This document shows positions 24,546 to 36,335 of a stretch of 64,000 nt of DNA, piece after piece. Position 1 is the first letter of the stretch. Each line of letters opens with the position of its first letter. The position numbers and the translations under genes were made by a program. Location: the NCBI RefSeq assembly GCF_056712565.1, contig NZ_CM160072.1; one strand, 5' to 3'. The notes beneath the pieces were generated by a model. It saw nothing but the letters and a program-made list of their open reading frames with translations. It searched no databases and had not been told where the DNA came from.

Positions 24546-26507
24546 GTGACCGTATCTTCTCATCGTCTTGAACTGTTAAGCCCGGCACGCGATGCCGCCA
24601 TTGCCCGCGAAGCTATTTTGCACGGTGCCGATGCTGTTTATATCGGCGGCCCTGGTTTTGGTGCCCGTCATAATGCCAGTAATAGCCTGAAAGATATTGC
24701 CGAGTTGGTGCCGTTTGCCCATCGTTATGGTGCAAAAATTTTCGTCACGCTTAACACCATTTTGCATGATGATGAGCTGGAACCCGCGCAACGGCTGATT
24801 ACTGACCTCTACCAGACCGGTGTCGATGCGCTGATTGTTCAGGATATGGGGATTCTGGAACTTGATATTCCGCCGATTGAACTGCACGCCAGTACGCAGT
24901 GCGATATTCGTACAGTAGAAAAAGCGAAGTTCCTCTCTGATGTTGGCTTCACGCAGATTGTGCTGGCGCGAGAGCTGAATCTTGAGCAGCTCCGCGCGAT
25001 TCACCAGGCCACGGACGCGACCATTGAATTCTTTATTCATGGCGCATTGTGCGTGGCCTATTCGGGTCAGTGCTACATTTCTCATGCGCAAACAGGGCGT
25101 AGCGCCAACCGTGGCGATTGCTCGCAGGCGTGCCGTTTGCCATACACATTGAAAGACGATCAGGGGCGGGTGGTTTCCTATGAAAAACATCTGCTGTCGA
25201 TGAAAGATAACGATCAGACTGCCAACCTCGGCGCGCTGATTGATGCTGGCGTACGCTCCTTCAAGATTGAAGGGCGTTACAAAGATATGAGCTACGTGAA
25301 GAATATCACCGCCCATTATCGTCAGATGCTGGATGCCATTATTGAAGAACGTGGCGATCTGGCGCGCGCTTCATCAGGTCGTACTGAACATTTCTTTGTT
25401 CCATCGACGGAAAAGACTTTCCACCGTGGTAGCACAGATTATTTTGTGAATGCCCGTAAAGGCGATATTGGCGCGTTCGATTCGCCGAAATTTATCGGCC
25501 TGCCGGTGGGCGAAGTATTGAAAGTAGCGAAAGATCATATTGATGTTGCCGTTACCGAGCCACTGGCAAATGGCGATGGCCTGAACGTGATGATTAAACG
25601 TGAAGTCGTCGGTTTTCGTGCCAATACGGTAGAGAAAACCGGAGAAAATCAGTACCGCGTCTGGCCCAATGAAATGCCAGCAGATTTGCACAAAATTCGC
25701 CCGCATCACCCACTAAACCGTAATCTTGATCATAACTGGCAGCAGGCACTGACAAAAACCTCCAGCGAACGTCGGGTGGCGGTAGACATTGAACTGGGCG
25801 GCTGGCAGGAACAACTGATTCTGACCCTCACCAGTGAAGAGGGTGTCAGCATCACACATACGCTGGACGGGCAGTTCGACGAAGCCAATAACGCCGAAAA
25901 AGCAATGAACAATCTGAAGGATGGTCTGGCAAAACTGGGGCAAACCATCTATTACGCCCGCAATGTGCAAATTAATTTGCCGGGGGCGCTGTTTGTACCA
26001 AACAGTCTGTTAAACCAGTTCCGCCGTGAAGCCGCCGATATGCTTGATGCTGCGCGTCTTGCCAGTTACCAGCGCGGCAGCCGTAAACCGGTTGCTGATC
26101 CTGCGCCAGTTTATCCGCAAACGCATCTGAGTTTCCTCGCGAACGTATACAACCAGAAAGCGCGTGAATTTTATCATCGCTATGGTGTGCAACTGATTGA
26201 CGCGGCGTATGAGGCACATGAAGAGAAGGGCGAAGTCCCGGTGATGATCACCAAGCATTGTCTGCGCTTTGCCTTCAATCTGTGCCCGAAACAGGCGAAA
26301 GGCAATATCAAAAGCTGGAAGGCGACGCCAATGCAACTGGTTAACGGCGATGAAGTATTAACGCTAAAGTTTGATTGCCGCCCATGCGAGATGCACGTCA
26401 TTGGCAAAATCAAAAATCACATACTGAAAATGCCGTTACCGGGAAGCGTAGTGGCATCCGTAAGTCCGGATGATCTGCTGAAAACATTGCCGAAGCGAAA
26501 AGGGTAA
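24546..26507 (+). CDS. ydcP: peptidase-U32-family protein (23S rRNA 5-hydroxycytidine synthase RlhA/YdcP)
   Basis: Track ORF 24504..26507; probable GTG start near 24546 gives about 653 aa; U32 family signature region (EFFIHGALCVAYSGQCYIS). Confidence 0.8.
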   Translation: MTVSSHRLELLSPARDAAIAREAILHGADAVYIGGPGFGARHNASNSLKDIAELVPFAHRYGAKIFVTLNTILHDDELEPAQRLITDLYQTGVDALIVQDMGILELDIPPIELHASTQCDIRTVEKAKFLSDVGFTQIVLARELNLEQLRAIHQATDATIEFFIHGALCVAYSGQCYISHAQTGRSANRGDCSQACRLPYTLKDDQGRVVSYEKHLLSMKDNDQTANLGALIDAGVRSFKIEGRYKDMSYVKNITAHYRQMLDAIIEERGDLARASSGRTEHFFVPSTEKTFHRGSTDYFVNARKGDIGAFDSPKFIGLPVGEVLKVAKDHIDVAVTEPLANGDGLNVMIKREVVGFRANTVEKTGENQYRVWPNEMPADLHKIRPHHPLNRNLDHNWQQALTKTSSERRVAVDIELGGWQEQLILTLTSEEGVSITHTLDGQFDEANNAEKAMNNLKDGLAKLGQTIYYARNVQINLPGALFVPNSLLNQFRREAADMLDAARLASYQRGSRKPVADPAPVYPQTHLSFLANVYNQKAREFYHRYGVQLIDAAYEAHEEKGEVPVMITKHCLRFAFNLCPKQAKGNIKSWKATPMQLVNGDEVLTLKFDCRPCEMHVIGKIKNHILKMPLPGSVVASVSPDDLLKTLPKRKG

Positions 26508-26554
26508 AACGCCAGTTTTCGGGTTACTCACCACTCATCAAATCTGCATGATAT

Positions 26555-26590
26555 TGCCTGCCGGGTAAGGTGTCACGCCGCATCCGGCAA
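26555..26590. repeat. REP-like palindromic element
   Basis: gccgcatccggcaa-type REP core between convergent ydcP and yncJ. Confidence 0.4.
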
Positions 26591-26598
26591 CACACGAC

Positions 26599-26829
26599 TC
26601 AACGCTGTCCCGCTTCTGGTTTGCGCGATTTTTGCCAGTAAAAATGCTCGCGCAAACCTTCCGCCGACTCTTCCGCCACAGCACGCAATTCATCGCTGTC
26701 CGCTTCATGACGCAACTGATGATCCACATTCTTTACCCACATAAATTCATGTCCTTTGTGCCCTGCCATGAGTTGTCCTGAGAACAGTGCACACGTTAAT
26801 AAGACAACCGATAACGCCTTCGAAAACAT
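26599..26829 (-). CDS. yncJ: small secreted protein YncJ (DUF2554)
   Basis: 76 aa ORF with signal peptide MFSKALSVVLLTCALFSGQLMA. Confidence 0.7.
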   Translation of the reverse strand: MFSKALSVVLLTCALFSGQLMAGHKGHEFMWVKNVDHQLRHEADSDELRAVAEESAEGLREHFYWQKSRKPEAGQR

Positions 26830-27008
26830 CCCGCCACCTTTTTCTAACCTTTTGCCGCTATGATGCCGATCGTTTCTTGAGGTTATTATTCAGTTTTGCA
26901 AATTAGAGCAAAGAAATTCTGGAATCTTCCTTCCTGATTTTGCATTGCATTCTGCCGTTGCGGCGATTTAGTGCTATTTTCGAGCACATTACACACGGAG
27001 GTAAACTT

Positions 27009-27233
<225 letters not shown>

Positions 27234-27311
27234 TTACAGTTAATGAAAAGTTGTCATTTTTAACAACTGATATAGACTGCCGAATCATCTGCACATAATT
27301 ACGATTCGATA

Positions 27312-28718
27312 ATGAAAAAATACCAGCAGCTTGCAGAACAATTACGCGAGCAGATTGCGTCGGGTATCTGGCAACCCGGCGATCGTTTGCCTTCGTTGCG
27401 TGACCAGGTGGCGCTTTCTGGCATGAGCTTTATGACTGTCAGCCATGCCTATCAGTTGCTCGAAAGTCAGGGATATATTATCGCGCGACCGCAATCGGGT
27501 TATTACGTTGCGCCACAGGCAATAAAAATGCCGAAAGCGACAGTCATTCCAGTCACACGAGATGAAGCAGTCGATATCAACACCTATATTTTTGATATGT
27601 TGCAGGCCAGTCGCGATCCGTCGGTAGTTCCGTTTGCCTCGGCCTTTCCCGACCCGCGACTTTTCCCCCTCCAACAACTAAACCGCTCGCTGGCGCAGGT
27701 AAGCAAAACCGCCACGGCGATGAGCGTGATTGAAAACTTACCGCCAGGAAACGTAGAACTGCGTCAGGCTATTGCTCGTCGCTATGCCTTACAGGGCATC
27801 ACCATTTCACCTGATGAAATTGTCATTACCGCCGGGGCGTTAGAGGCATTAAACCTCAGTTTGCAAGCGGTAACTGAACCGGGCGATTGGGTGATAGTAG
27901 AGAATCCTTGTTTCTACGGCGCGTTGCAGGCGCTGGAGCGGTTACGGCTGAAGGCGTTATCGGTAGCGACGGATATTAAAGAAGGGATCGATCTTCAGGC
28001 GCTGGAACTGGCGTTGCAGGAGTATCCGGTGAAAGCGTGCTGGCTGATGACTAATAGCCAGAACCCACTTGGATTTACCTTAACGCCGCAGAAAAAAGTG
28101 CGGCTGGTAGCGTTGCTCAATCAGTACAACGTAACGCTGATTGAAGATGACGTTTATAGCGAACTTTATTTTGGACGGGAAAAACCGCTGCCTGCGAAAG
28201 CGTGGGATCGCCACGATGGTGTTTTGCATTGCTCTTCGTTTTCGAAATGTCTGGTGCCTGGTTTTCGTATTGGTTGGGTCGCCGCCGGAAAACATGCACG
28301 TAAAATTCAACGCTTGCAGTTGATGAGTACGCTTTCCACCAGCTCACCGATGCAGCTTGCGCTGGTGGATTACCTTTCTACTCGCCGATACGATGCTCAT
28401 CTTCGTCGCCTGCGTCGCCAGCTTGCGGAACGTAAACAACGCGCCTGGCAGGCTTTGCTGCGTTATCTGCCTGCGGAAGTCAAAATTCATCACAATGACA
28501 GCGGTTATTTTCTCTGGCTGGAGCTCCCCGAGCCGTTAGATGCAGGAGAATTAAGCCTGGTGGCACTGACGCATCATATCAGTATTGCGCCGGGTAATAT
28601 GTTTTCTACCGGTGAAAACTGGTCACGTTTTTTTCGTTTTAATACCGCGTGGCAGTGGGGAGAACGTGAAGAACAGGCGGTAAAACAATTAGGCAAACTT
28701 ATTCAAGAACGGCTGTAA
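27312..28718 (+). CDS. ydcR: MocR-subfamily GntR regulator with aminotransferase-like domain
   Basis: 468 aa ORF; N-terminal wHTH, C-terminal fold-type-I PLP domain. Confidence 0.8.
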   Translation: MKKYQQLAEQLREQIASGIWQPGDRLPSLRDQVALSGMSFMTVSHAYQLLESQGYIIARPQSGYYVAPQAIKMPKATVIPVTRDEAVDINTYIFDMLQASRDPSVVPFASAFPDPRLFPLQQLNRSLAQVSKTATAMSVIENLPPGNVELRQAIARRYALQGITISPDEIVITAGALEALNLSLQAVTEPGDWVIVENPCFYGALQALERLRLKALSVATDIKEGIDLQALELALQEYPVKACWLMTNSQNPLGFTLTPQKKVRLVALLNQYNVTLIEDDVYSELYFGREKPLPAKAWDRHDGVLHCSSFSKCLVPGFRIGWVAAGKHARKIQRLQLMSTLSTSSPMQLALVDYLSTRRYDAHLRRLRRQLAERKQRAWQALLRYLPAEVKIHHNDSGYFLWLELPEPLDAGELSLVALTHHISIAPGNMFSTGENWSRFFRFNTAWQWGEREEQAVKQLGKLIQERL

Positions 28719-28962
28719 TAGCGTTTAATTTAATTCCTCTCAGGTTGGGTAATATGAATTTCGAATAGCAGTCATATATCCTAACTCCTTGTCTATACTC
28801 CAGAAGATAACCTTACAGACGGCATAATGCGCGGTAGCTCACAACCTGATTAAATTTTCTCAGGGCCGAAGGTGTGCCTGCAAGCCGCCGTCTATGGTTA
28901 AACAAGGAGATATTTTTACGGCACGGCGGCTGAACAATTAATTACGACAGGAGTAAGACCTT

Positions 28963-30108
28963 ATGAGCAAGACATTTGCCCGCAGCAGCCTGTGTGCGCT
29001 CAGCATGACAATAATGACCGCTCACGCCGCCGAACCGCCTACCAATTTAGAGAATCCGGAAGGGCGACTGGATATTATCGCCTGGCCGGGATACATCGAA
29101 CGCGGACAAACTGATAAACAGTACGACTGGGTAACGCAATTCGAAAAAGAGACAGGCTGCGCGGTGAATGTTAAAACCGCCGCGACTTCCGATGAAATGG
29201 TCAGTCTGATGGTCAAAGGGGGTTACGATCTGGTTACGGCATCCGGCGATGCCTCGCTGCGTTTGATTATGGGCAAACGCGTGCAGCCAATTAATACCGC
29301 CTTGATTCCCAACTGGAAAGCGCTCGATCCGCGCGTGGTTAAAGGCGACTGGTTTAACGTTGGCGGCAAAGTTTACGGCACACCTTACCAATGGGGGCCG
29401 AACCTGCTGATGTACATCACTAAAACCTTCCCGACGCCGCCGGATAGCTGGCAAGTGGTTTTTGTTGAGCAGAATCTGCCGGACGGCAAGAGCAATAAAG
29501 GCCGGGTACAGGCTTATGATGGCCCTATCTACATTGCGGATGCCGCGTTGTTCGTCAAAGCCACGCAGCCACAGTTGGGCATCAGCGATCCGTATCAACT
29601 CACCGAAGAACAGTATCAGGCGGTGCTGAAAGTGCTGCGCGATCAACATAGTTTGATCCATCGCTACTGGCATGACACTACCGTGCAAATGAGCGATTTC
29701 AAAAACGAGGGTGTGGTTGCTTCCAGTGCATGGCCCTATCAGGCCAACGCCCTGAAAGCCGAAGGCCAGCCTGTCGCTACCGTTTTCCCGAAGGAGGGCG
29801 TTACCGGTTGGGCTGACACCACCATGCTACATAGCGAAGCGAAACATCCGGTTTGCGCCTACAAATGGATGAACTGGTCATTAACCCCAAAAGTGCAGGG
29901 CGATGTGGCGGCCTGGTTTGGCTCGTTACCAGTAGTGCCGCAAGGGTGTAAAGCCAGTCCGTTATTAGGCGAGAAAGGTTGTGAAACAAACGGTTTTAAC
30001 TATTTCGATAAAATCGCCTTCTGGAAAACGCCTATAGCAGAAGGGGGCAAGTTTGTTCCCTACAGTCGCTGGACGCAGGATTACATTGCCATTATGGGCG
30101 GTCGCTAA
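28963..30108 (+). CDS. ydcS: periplasmic polyamine-type ABC substrate-binding protein
   Basis: 381 aa ORF with signal peptide; PotD/PotF-like; first gene of ydcSTUV-patD cluster. Confidence 0.85.
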   Translation: MSKTFARSSLCALSMTIMTAHAAEPPTNLENPEGRLDIIAWPGYIERGQTDKQYDWVTQFEKETGCAVNVKTAATSDEMVSLMVKGGYDLVTASGDASLRLIMGKRVQPINTALIPNWKALDPRVVKGDWFNVGGKVYGTPYQWGPNLLMYITKTFPTPPDSWQVVFVEQNLPDGKSNKGRVQAYDGPIYIADAALFVKATQPQLGISDPYQLTEEQYQAVLKVLRDQHSLIHRYWHDTTVQMSDFKNEGVVASSAWPYQANALKAEGQPVATVFPKEGVTGWADTTMLHSEAKHPVCAYKWMNWSLTPKVQGDVAAWFGSLPVVPQGCKASPLLGEKGCETNGFNYFDKIAFWKTPIAEGGKFVPYSRWTQDYIAIMGGR

Positions 30109-30125
30109 CTTCGCTGGGGTGTTTT

Positions 30126-31139
30126 ATGACGTACGCAGTGGAGTTTGACAACGTCTCACGGTTGTACGGTGACGTGCGCGCAGTAAATGGCGTCAGTATT
30201 GCGATAAAAGATGGTGAGTTCTTCTCTATGCTGGGGCCGTCCGGCTCCGGCAAAACCACTTGCCTGCGCCTGATTGCTGGATTCGAACAGCTTTCCGGCG
30301 GGGCTATCTCTATTTTTGGTACGCCCGCCAGCAATCTGCCACCGTGGGAGCGGGACGTGAATACTGTCTTCCAGGACTACGCGCTATTTCCGCATATGTC
30401 GATTCTTGACAACGTAGCCTACGGGCTGATGGTCAAAGGCGTGAATAAAAAGCAGCGGCACGCAATGGCGCAAGAGGCGCTTGAGAAAGTGGCGTTGGGG
30501 TTTGTACAGCAACGTAAACCGTCACAACTTTCTGGTGGTCAGCGCCAGCGAGTCGCCATCGCCAGAGCACTGGTGAACGAACCGCGTGTGTTGTTGCTGG
30601 ATGAACCGCTCGGCGCGCTGGATCTCAAATTGCGCGAGCAAATGCAGCTTGAGCTGAAAAAGCTGCAACAGTCTCTCGGTATCACTTTTATCTTCGTTAC
30701 CCACGATCAGGGCGAAGCGTTATCGATGTCCGATCGGGTGGCGGTTTTCAATAATGGACGCATTGAACAGGTCGATTCTCCGCGCGATCTCTATATGCGC
30801 CCGCGCACGCCGTTTGTTGCGGGATTCGTTGGGACATCGAATGTTTTTGATGGACTGATGGCAGAGAAACTTTGTGGCATGACGGGAAGCTTCGCACTAC
30901 GACCGGAACATATCCGCCTCAACACCCCTGGAGAAATGCAGGCTAATGGCACGATCCAGGCGGTGCAGTATCAGGGCGCGGCAACTCGTTTTGAACTGAC
31001 ACTGAGCGGCGGTGAAAAACTGCTGGTGAGTCAGGCCAATATGACAGGCGAAGAACTGCCTGCCACGCTCACGCCCGGACAACAGGTGATGGTTTCCTGG
31101 TCGCGTGATGTGATGGTGGCGCTGGTTGAGGAGAGGTGA
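30126..31139 (+). CDS. ydcT: ABC transporter ATP-binding protein
   Basis: 337 aa; Walker A GPSGSGKTT, signature LSGGQRQR, Walker B LLLDEP. Confidence 0.9.
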   Translation: MTYAVEFDNVSRLYGDVRAVNGVSIAIKDGEFFSMLGPSGSGKTTCLRLIAGFEQLSGGAISIFGTPASNLPPWERDVNTVFQDYALFPHMSILDNVAYGLMVKGVNKKQRHAMAQEALEKVALGFVQQRKPSQLSGGQRQRVAIARALVNEPRVLLLDEPLGALDLKLREQMQLELKKLQQSLGITFIFVTHDQGEALSMSDRVAVFNNGRIEQVDSPRDLYMRPRTPFVAGFVGTSNVFDGLMAEKLCGMTGSFALRPEHIRLNTPGEMQANGTIQAVQYQGAATRFELTLSGGEKLLVSQANMTGEELPATLTPGQQVMVSWSRDVMVALVEER

Positions 31140-32081
31140 ATGGCGATGAACGTATTGCAATCACCTTCACGTCCAGGTCTGGGTAAGGTGCCCGGTTTCT
31201 TCTGGCGTAATCCGGGGCTGGGGCTGTTTTTGCTGCTGCTTGGCCCGCTAATGTGGTTTGGCATTGTCTATTTCGGCTCGCTGCTGACGCTGTTATGGCA
31301 GGGCTTTTATACCTTTGACGATTTCACCATGTCGGTAACGCCGGAACTGACGCTGGCGAATATCCGTGCGCTGTTTAATCCGGCGAATTACGACATCATT
31401 GTCCGCACGCTGACCATGGCTGTGGCGGTGACTATCGCCAGCGCCATTCTGGCTTTTCCAATGGCGTGGTATATGGCGCGCTATACCAGCGGAAAAATGA
31501 AAGCGTTTTTTTATATTGCGGTAATGTTGCCGATGTGGGCGAGCTACATTGTTAAAGCCTATGCCTGGACGTTATTGCTGGCAAAAGATGGCGTGGCGCA
31601 GTGGTTTTTACAACATCTGGGGCTGGAACCACTGCTGACTGCGTTCCTCACGCTACCGGCGGTGGGCGGCAATACGCTGTCAACTTCCGGGCTGGGGCGC
31701 TTTCTGGTGTTTCTCTATATCTGGTTGCCGTTCATGATCCTCCCGGTGCAGGCGGCGCTTGAGCGTTTGCCGCCGTCATTGTTGCAGGCGTCGGCTGATC
31801 TTGGCGCACGTCCACGACAAACCTTTCGCTATGTGGTGCTGCCGCTGGCAATCCCGGGTATTGCCGCTGGCTCTATCTTTACCTTCTCACTCACGCTGGG
31901 CGATTTTATTGTCCCGCAGCTGGTTGGCCCTCCAGGATATTTTATCGGCAATATGGTTTATTCCCAGCAGGGGGCGATTGGCAATATGCCGATGGCGGCG
32001 GCATTCACCCTGGTGCCGATTGTTCTCATCGCACTCTATCTGGCGTTTGTGAAACGTCTGGGAGCGTTCGATGCACTCTGA
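31140..32081 (+). CDS. ydcU: ABC transporter permease
   Basis: 313 aa polytopic membrane protein immediately after ydcT. Confidence 0.85.
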   Translation: MAMNVLQSPSRPGLGKVPGFFWRNPGLGLFLLLLGPLMWFGIVYFGSLLTLLWQGFYTFDDFTMSVTPELTLANIRALFNPANYDIIVRTLTMAVAVTIASAILAFPMAWYMARYTSGKMKAFFYIAVMLPMWASYIVKAYAWTLLLAKDGVAQWFLQHLGLEPLLTAFLTLPAVGGNTLSTSGLGRFLVFLYIWLPFMILPVQAALERLPPSLLQASADLGARPRQTFRYVVLPLAIPGIAAGSIFTFSLTLGDFIVPQLVGPPGYFIGNMVYSQQGAIGNMPMAAAFTLVPIVLIALYLAFVKRLGAFDAL

Positions 32082-32865
32082 ACGCGCACCGTTTTTCCTC
32101 AAACTGGCGGCCTGGGGCGGCGTGGTTTTCCTACATTTTCCCATCCTGATTATCGCTGCCTATGCGTTTAACACTGAAGATGCGGCGTTTAGTTTTCCAC
32201 CGCAAGGCCTGACGCTGCGCTGGTTTAGCGTGGCAGCACAGCGTAGTGATATCCTTGATTCCGTGACGCTGTCACTTAAAGTGGCGGCGCTGGCGACATT
32301 AATCGCGCTGGTGTTAGGGACGCTGGCAGCTGCCGCGCTGTGGCGACGAGACTTTTTCGGCAAAAACGCCATTTCACTGTTACTGTTGCTGCCCATTGCG
32401 CTGCCGGGCATTGTCACTGGTCTGGCGCTATTAACCGCCTTTAAAACCATCAATCTGGAGCCAGGATTTTTCACCATCGTGGTCGGTCATGCGACTTTTT
32501 GCGTAGTGGTGGTGTTTAACAATGTCATCGCCCGTTTTCGCCGCACCTCGTGGAGTCTGGTTGAGGCGTCAATGGATCTTGGGGCCAATGGCTGGCAAAC
32601 CTTCCGCTACGTAGTGTTGCCGAATCTCAGTTCGGCGTTACTGGCTGGAGGAATGCTGGCGTTTGCCTTGTCGTTCGATGAAATCATCGTGACGACTTTT
32701 ACGGCAGGTCATGAACGAACGTTACCGTTGTGGTTGCTCAATCAGCTTGGGCGACCGCGTGATGTCCCGGTAACCAACGTGGTGGCACTGCTGGTTATGT
32801 TGGTAACAACCTTGCCGATCCTGGGGGCCTGGTGGCTAACCCGCGAAGGCGACAATGGTCAATAA
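32071..32865 (+). CDS. ydcV: ABC transporter permease
   Basis: 264 aa; start overlaps ydcU 3' end by 11 nt. Confidence 0.85.
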   Translation: MHSERAPFFLKLAAWGGVVFLHFPILIIAAYAFNTEDAAFSFPPQGLTLRWFSVAAQRSDILDSVTLSLKVAALATLIALVLGTLAAAALWRRDFFGKNAISLLLLLPIALPGIVTGLALLTAFKTINLEPGFFTIVVGHATFCVVVVFNNVIARFRRTSWSLVEASMDLGANGWQTFRYVVLPNLSSALLAGGMLAFALSFDEIIVTTFTAGHERTLPLWLLNQLGRPRDVPVTNVVALLVMLVTTLPILGAWWLTREGDNGQ

Positions 32866-32886
32866 CCACTGATACAGGAATATGCT

Positions 32887-34311
32887 ATGCAACATAAGTT
32901 ACTGATTAACGGAGAACTGGTTAGCGGCGAAGGGGAAAAACAGCCTGTCTATAATCCGGCAACGGGGGACGTTTTACTGGAGATTGCCGAGGCATCCGCA
33001 GAGCAGGTCAATGCTGCTGTTCGCGCGGCAGATGCAGCATTTGCCGAATGGGGGCAAACCACGCCAAAAGCGCGTGCGGAATGCCTGCTGAAACTGGCTG
33101 ATGTTATCGAAGAAAATGGTCAGGTTTTTGCCGAACTGGAGTCCCGTAATTGTGGCAAACCGCTGCATAGCGCGTTCAATGATGAAATTCCGGCGATTGT
33201 CGATGTCTTTCGCTTTTTCGCCGGTGCGGCGCGCTGCCTGAATGGTCTGGCGGCAGGTGAATATCTTGAAGGTCATACTTCGATGATCCGTCGCGATCCG
33301 TTGGGGGTCGTGGCTTCTATCGCACCGTGGAATTATCCGCTGATGATGGCTGCGTGGAAACTGGCTCCGGCGCTGGCGGCAGGGAACTGCGTAGTGCTTA
33401 AACCATCAGAAATTACCCCGCTGACCGCGTTGAAGTTGGCAGAGCTGGCGAAAGATATCTTCCCGGCTGGCGTGATTAACGTGCTGTTTGGCAGAGGCAA
33501 GACGGTGGGAGATCCGCTGACCGGACATCCCAAAGTGCGGATGGTGTCGCTGACGGGTTCTATCGCCACTGGGGAACACATCATCAGCCATACCGCGCCG
33601 TCCATTAAGCGTACTCATATGGAACTTGGTGGCAAAGCGCCAGTGATTGTTTTTGATGATGCGGATATTGAAGCAGTGGTCGAAGGTGTACGTACTTTTG
33701 GCTATTACAATGCCGGACAGGATTGTACTGCGGCTTGTCGGATCTACGCGCAAAAAGGCATTTACGATACGCTGGTGGAAAAACTCGGTGCTGCGGTGGC
33801 AACGTTAAAATCGGGTTCGCCGGATGACGAGTCTACGGAGCTTGGACCTTTAAGCTCGCTGGCGCATCTCGAACGCGTCAGCAAGGCGGTAGAAGAGGCG
33901 AAAGCGACAGGGCACATCAAAGTGATCACTGGCGGTGAAAAGCGCAAGGGTAATGGCTATTACTATGCGCCGACGCTGCTGGCTGGCGCATTACAGGACG
34001 ATGCCATCGTGCAAAAAGAGGTATTTGGTCCGGTAGTGAGTGTTACGCTCTTCGACAACGAAGAACAGGTGGTGAACTGGGCGAATGACAGTCAGTACGG
34101 ACTTGCATCTTCGGTATGGACGAAAGATGTGGGCAGGGCGCATCGCGTCAGCGCGCGGCTGCAATATGGTTGTACCTGGGTCAATACCCATTTCATGCTG
34201 GTAAGTGAAATGCCGCACGGTGGGCAGAAACTTTCTGGTTACGGCAAGGATATGTCACTTTATGGGCTGGAGGATTACACTGTCGTCCGCCACGTCATGG
34301 TTAAACATTAA
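32887..34311 (+). CDS. patD: gamma-aminobutyraldehyde dehydrogenase
   Basis: 474 aa aldehyde dehydrogenase family ORF ([27 protein letters not shown]...), last gene of the ydcSTUV cluster. Confidence 0.9.
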   Translation: MQHKLLINGELVSGEGEKQPVYNPATGDVLLEIAEASAEQVNAAVRAADAAFAEWGQTTPKARAECLLKLADVIEENGQVFAELESRNCGKPLHSAFNDEIPAIVDVFRFFAGAARCLNGLAAGEYLEGHTSMIRRDPLGVVASIAPWNYPLMMAAWKLAPALAAGNCVVLKPSEITPLTALKLAELAKDIFPAGVINVLFGRGKTVGDPLTGHPKVRMVSLTGSIATGEHIISHTAPSIKRTHMELGGKAPVIVFDDADIEAVVEGVRTFGYYNAGQDCTAACRIYAQKGIYDTLVEKLGAAVATLKSGSPDDESTELGPLSSLAHLERVSKAVEEAKATGHIKVITGGEKRKGNGYYYAPTLLAGALQDDAIVQKEVFGPVVSVTLFDNEEQVVNWANDSQYGLASSVWTKDVGRAHRVSARLQYGCTWVNTHFMLVSEMPHGGQKLSGYGKDMSLYGLEDYTVVRHVMVKH

Positions 34312-34350
34312 GGATAATATTGCAGATCGTAAGAGTATGAGATGATCTTG

Positions 34351-34385
34351 CGTACTGTCAGAGCACTGATTTCTCTGACAGTACG
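34351..34385. terminator. bidirectional hairpin between patD and yncL
   Basis: Perfect 13-bp stem cgtactgtcagag / ctctgacagtacg with about 9-nt loop. Confidence 0.5.
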
Positions 34386-34407
34386 TGCTGCGTGCAAAAT
34401 CACTACA

Positions 34408-34503
34408 TCAAATAAACCAGCCAAATCTCATAGAGATAAGAGTAAACAAACCAACAGCAGCAAAGACATTTATCAGTACTACAGTTCTACTGGAAACATT
34501 CAT
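34408..34503 (-). CDS. yncL: 31-aa small membrane protein YncL
   Basis: Hand-translated minus-strand ORF MNVSSRTVVLINVFAAVGLFTLISMRFGWFI*; single hydrophobic helix; matches my recollection of YncL; too short for the ORF track. Confidence 0.5.
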   Translation of the reverse strand: MNVSSRTVVLINVFAAVGLFTLISMRFGWFI

Positions 34504-34697
34504 TTTTGCCACCTTTTATCATTGCCCCTATGTGTATAGTACGGGTTAAGAAAATCCGCAATAATACTCATTCTGAAGATAGATAAGGGCAAGTTGCTGT
34601 TTGATGATTTTTTCTCTAACTGGTGAAAAAACTTGATGCACGTCAAAAAATGACGCATATTTGCGCGCGTTTTATTCATCTGGCTGGACGCCCGTAC

Positions 34698-34871
34698 ATG
34701 TCTCTCTATCAACATATGCTTGTTTTTTATGCGGTTATGGCAGCAATCGCATTTCTTATCACCTGGTTTCTTTCTCACGATAAGAAACGCATCCGTTTCT
34801 TAAGCGCCTTTCTGGTGGGGGCAACATGGCCGATGAGTTTCCCGGTGGCGCTGTTGTTTTCTCTGTTTTAA
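34698..34871 (+). CDS. ortT: 57-aa small membrane protein OrtT (YdcX)
   Basis: Internal Met of track ORF 34623..34871 gives MSLYQHMLVFYAVMAAIAFLITWFLSHDKKRIRFLSAFLVGATWPMSFPVALLFSLF. Confidence 0.65.
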   Translation: MSLYQHMLVFYAVMAAIAFLITWFLSHDKKRIRFLSAFLVGATWPMSFPVALLFSLF

Positions 34872-34956
34872 ATCTTATGCACTGGCTTGACGGCACCACG
34901 CAGACTTATATCATTTGGATGAATCGATAAATTTCACAAGTGGCTAAGGAGAAAGT

Positions 34957-35190
34957 ATGTCGCATCTGGATGAAGTCATCGCGCGCGTGGATGCCGCGAT
35001 TGAAGAGAGCGTCATTGCCCATATGAACGAATTATTAATCGCCCTGAGCGATGACGCGGAGTTAAGTCGGGAAGATCGCTACACCCAGCAGCAGCGTTTG
35101 CGCACCGCTATTGCTCATCACGGTCGCAAACATAAAGAAGATATGGAAGCGCGCCACGAACAGTTAACCAAAGGCGGTACCATCCTCTGA
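34957..35190 (+). CDS. ydcY: small protein YdcY
   Basis: 77 aa ORF preceded by RBS aaggaga. Confidence 0.7.
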   Translation: MSHLDEVIARVDAAIEESVIAHMNELLIALSDDAELSREDRYTQQQRLRTAIAHHGRKHKEDMEARHEQLTKGGTIL

Positions 35191-35640
35191 TTAAAATGAG
35201 CGTCTGGCCACCAGCCAGGCGCCAACCACAAGTAAAATTGCGCCACAAATTGGGCCGATCAACGCCCGAAGTGGTACGCCATGGCTGCGGAAGATATCCA
35301 GCACCAGACCGCCAATCAGCTGGCTGGCGACCAGTACTGCAATAGTTGTCGCCGCTCCCACATTCTGATATCCGCTGATACTGGCGAAGACAAAAAACGA
35401 TCCCAGCAAGCCAGGTATAAGTGTCCACCAGCGCACGCTGGACACCAGTTCGCCAAACCCCGCCATGCCTTGTTTAAACCATAAAATAGAAACAAAGAGC
35501 ACAATCCCCACCAGTGAGTTCAGCAACATGGCGATGAGAATGGTAGAGGAGGTCTGGGTGATGCGCACCATCAGCGTGTTCTGGACTACCAGACCAATCC
35601 CGGCTGCAATCAAAAAGGCAAGGGTAAGTGACTGATTCAT
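35191..35640 (-). CDS. ydcZ: DMT-superfamily inner membrane protein YdcZ
   Basis: 149 aa hydrophobic ORF. Confidence 0.8.
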   Translation of the reverse strand: MNQSLTLAFLIAAGIGLVVQNTLMVRITQTSSTILIAMLLNSLVGIVLFVSILWFKQGMAGFGELVSSVRWWTLIPGLLGSFFVFASISGYQNVGAATTIAVLVASQLIGGLVLDIFRSHGVPLRALIGPICGAILLVVGAWLVARRSF

Positions 35641-36155
35641 CCGATCGCGTCCGGTTCAGTGCGCTCGTCGAGTTGCAACTGCATAAATGTCAGATCCAGC
35701 CAGCGCCCAAATTTAGTACCTACCTGCGGCATTTGCGCGGTGACGACAAATCCCAGCGACTGGTGCAGATGCAGCGAGGCCTGATTTTGCGATTCGATCC
35801 CGGCGACCATGACATGCTTCCCGCAATCCCGCGCTTCATCAATCAATCGGCTTAACAATTTACGCCCCAGACCTTTCCCCTGATGATCGGGATGGACATA
35901 AACCGAATGTTCCACGGTATGGCGAAAACCATCAAAACTACGCCAGTCGCCAAACGAGGCATATCCCGTCACTACGCCATCTTCTTCACTCACCAGCACC
36001 GGATAACCTGCTATGGTCCGCGCTTCAAACCAGGCAATGCGGTTATCCGCATCCACCGTTTGGTCATTCCAGATAGCCGCCGTATACAACACGGCGTGAT
36101 TATAAATTTCCGCAATTGCAGCACAGTCGGCTTTGCGGGCAAAACGGATGGACAT
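35637..36155 (-). CDS. mnaT: L-amino-acid N-acyltransferase (GNAT) MnaT/YncA
   Basis: Track ORF 35637..36218; start re-set to MSIRFARKADCAAIAEIYN (172 aa); GNAT motif HQGKGLGRKLL. Confidence 0.85.
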   Translation of the reverse strand: MSIRFARKADCAAIAEIYNHAVLYTAAIWNDQTVDADNRIAWFEARTIAGYPVLVSEEDGVVTGYASFGDWRSFDGFRHTVEHSVYVHPDHQGKGLGRKLLSRLIDEARDCGKHVMVAGIESQNQASLHLHQSLGFVVTAQMPQVGTKFGRWLDLTFMQLQLDERTEPDAIG

Positions 36156-36335
36156 GTCTGGCCTCGATAAAATAATGATGATGATGTTATCAATACTATC
36201 GAAAACAGCCCGAAGCAACGGATTCCTCTATGAAATTATTGCGTGTTGCAGAGGGGATGTGACGGCTGCAAACAAAACCAATCCTGTGAGCCTGCTACTA
36301 TTGATGGATTCATGCCAAAAGCACAGGAGAGCATT

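Noticed and set aside
24576-25316. 246-aa minus-strand ORF inside ydcP, and similar antisense ORFs inside ydcS (29047..29688), yncE (39052..39672) and hrpA (5412..5909)
   Set aside because: All lie within well-supported genes on the opposite strand, without RBS or recognisable domains
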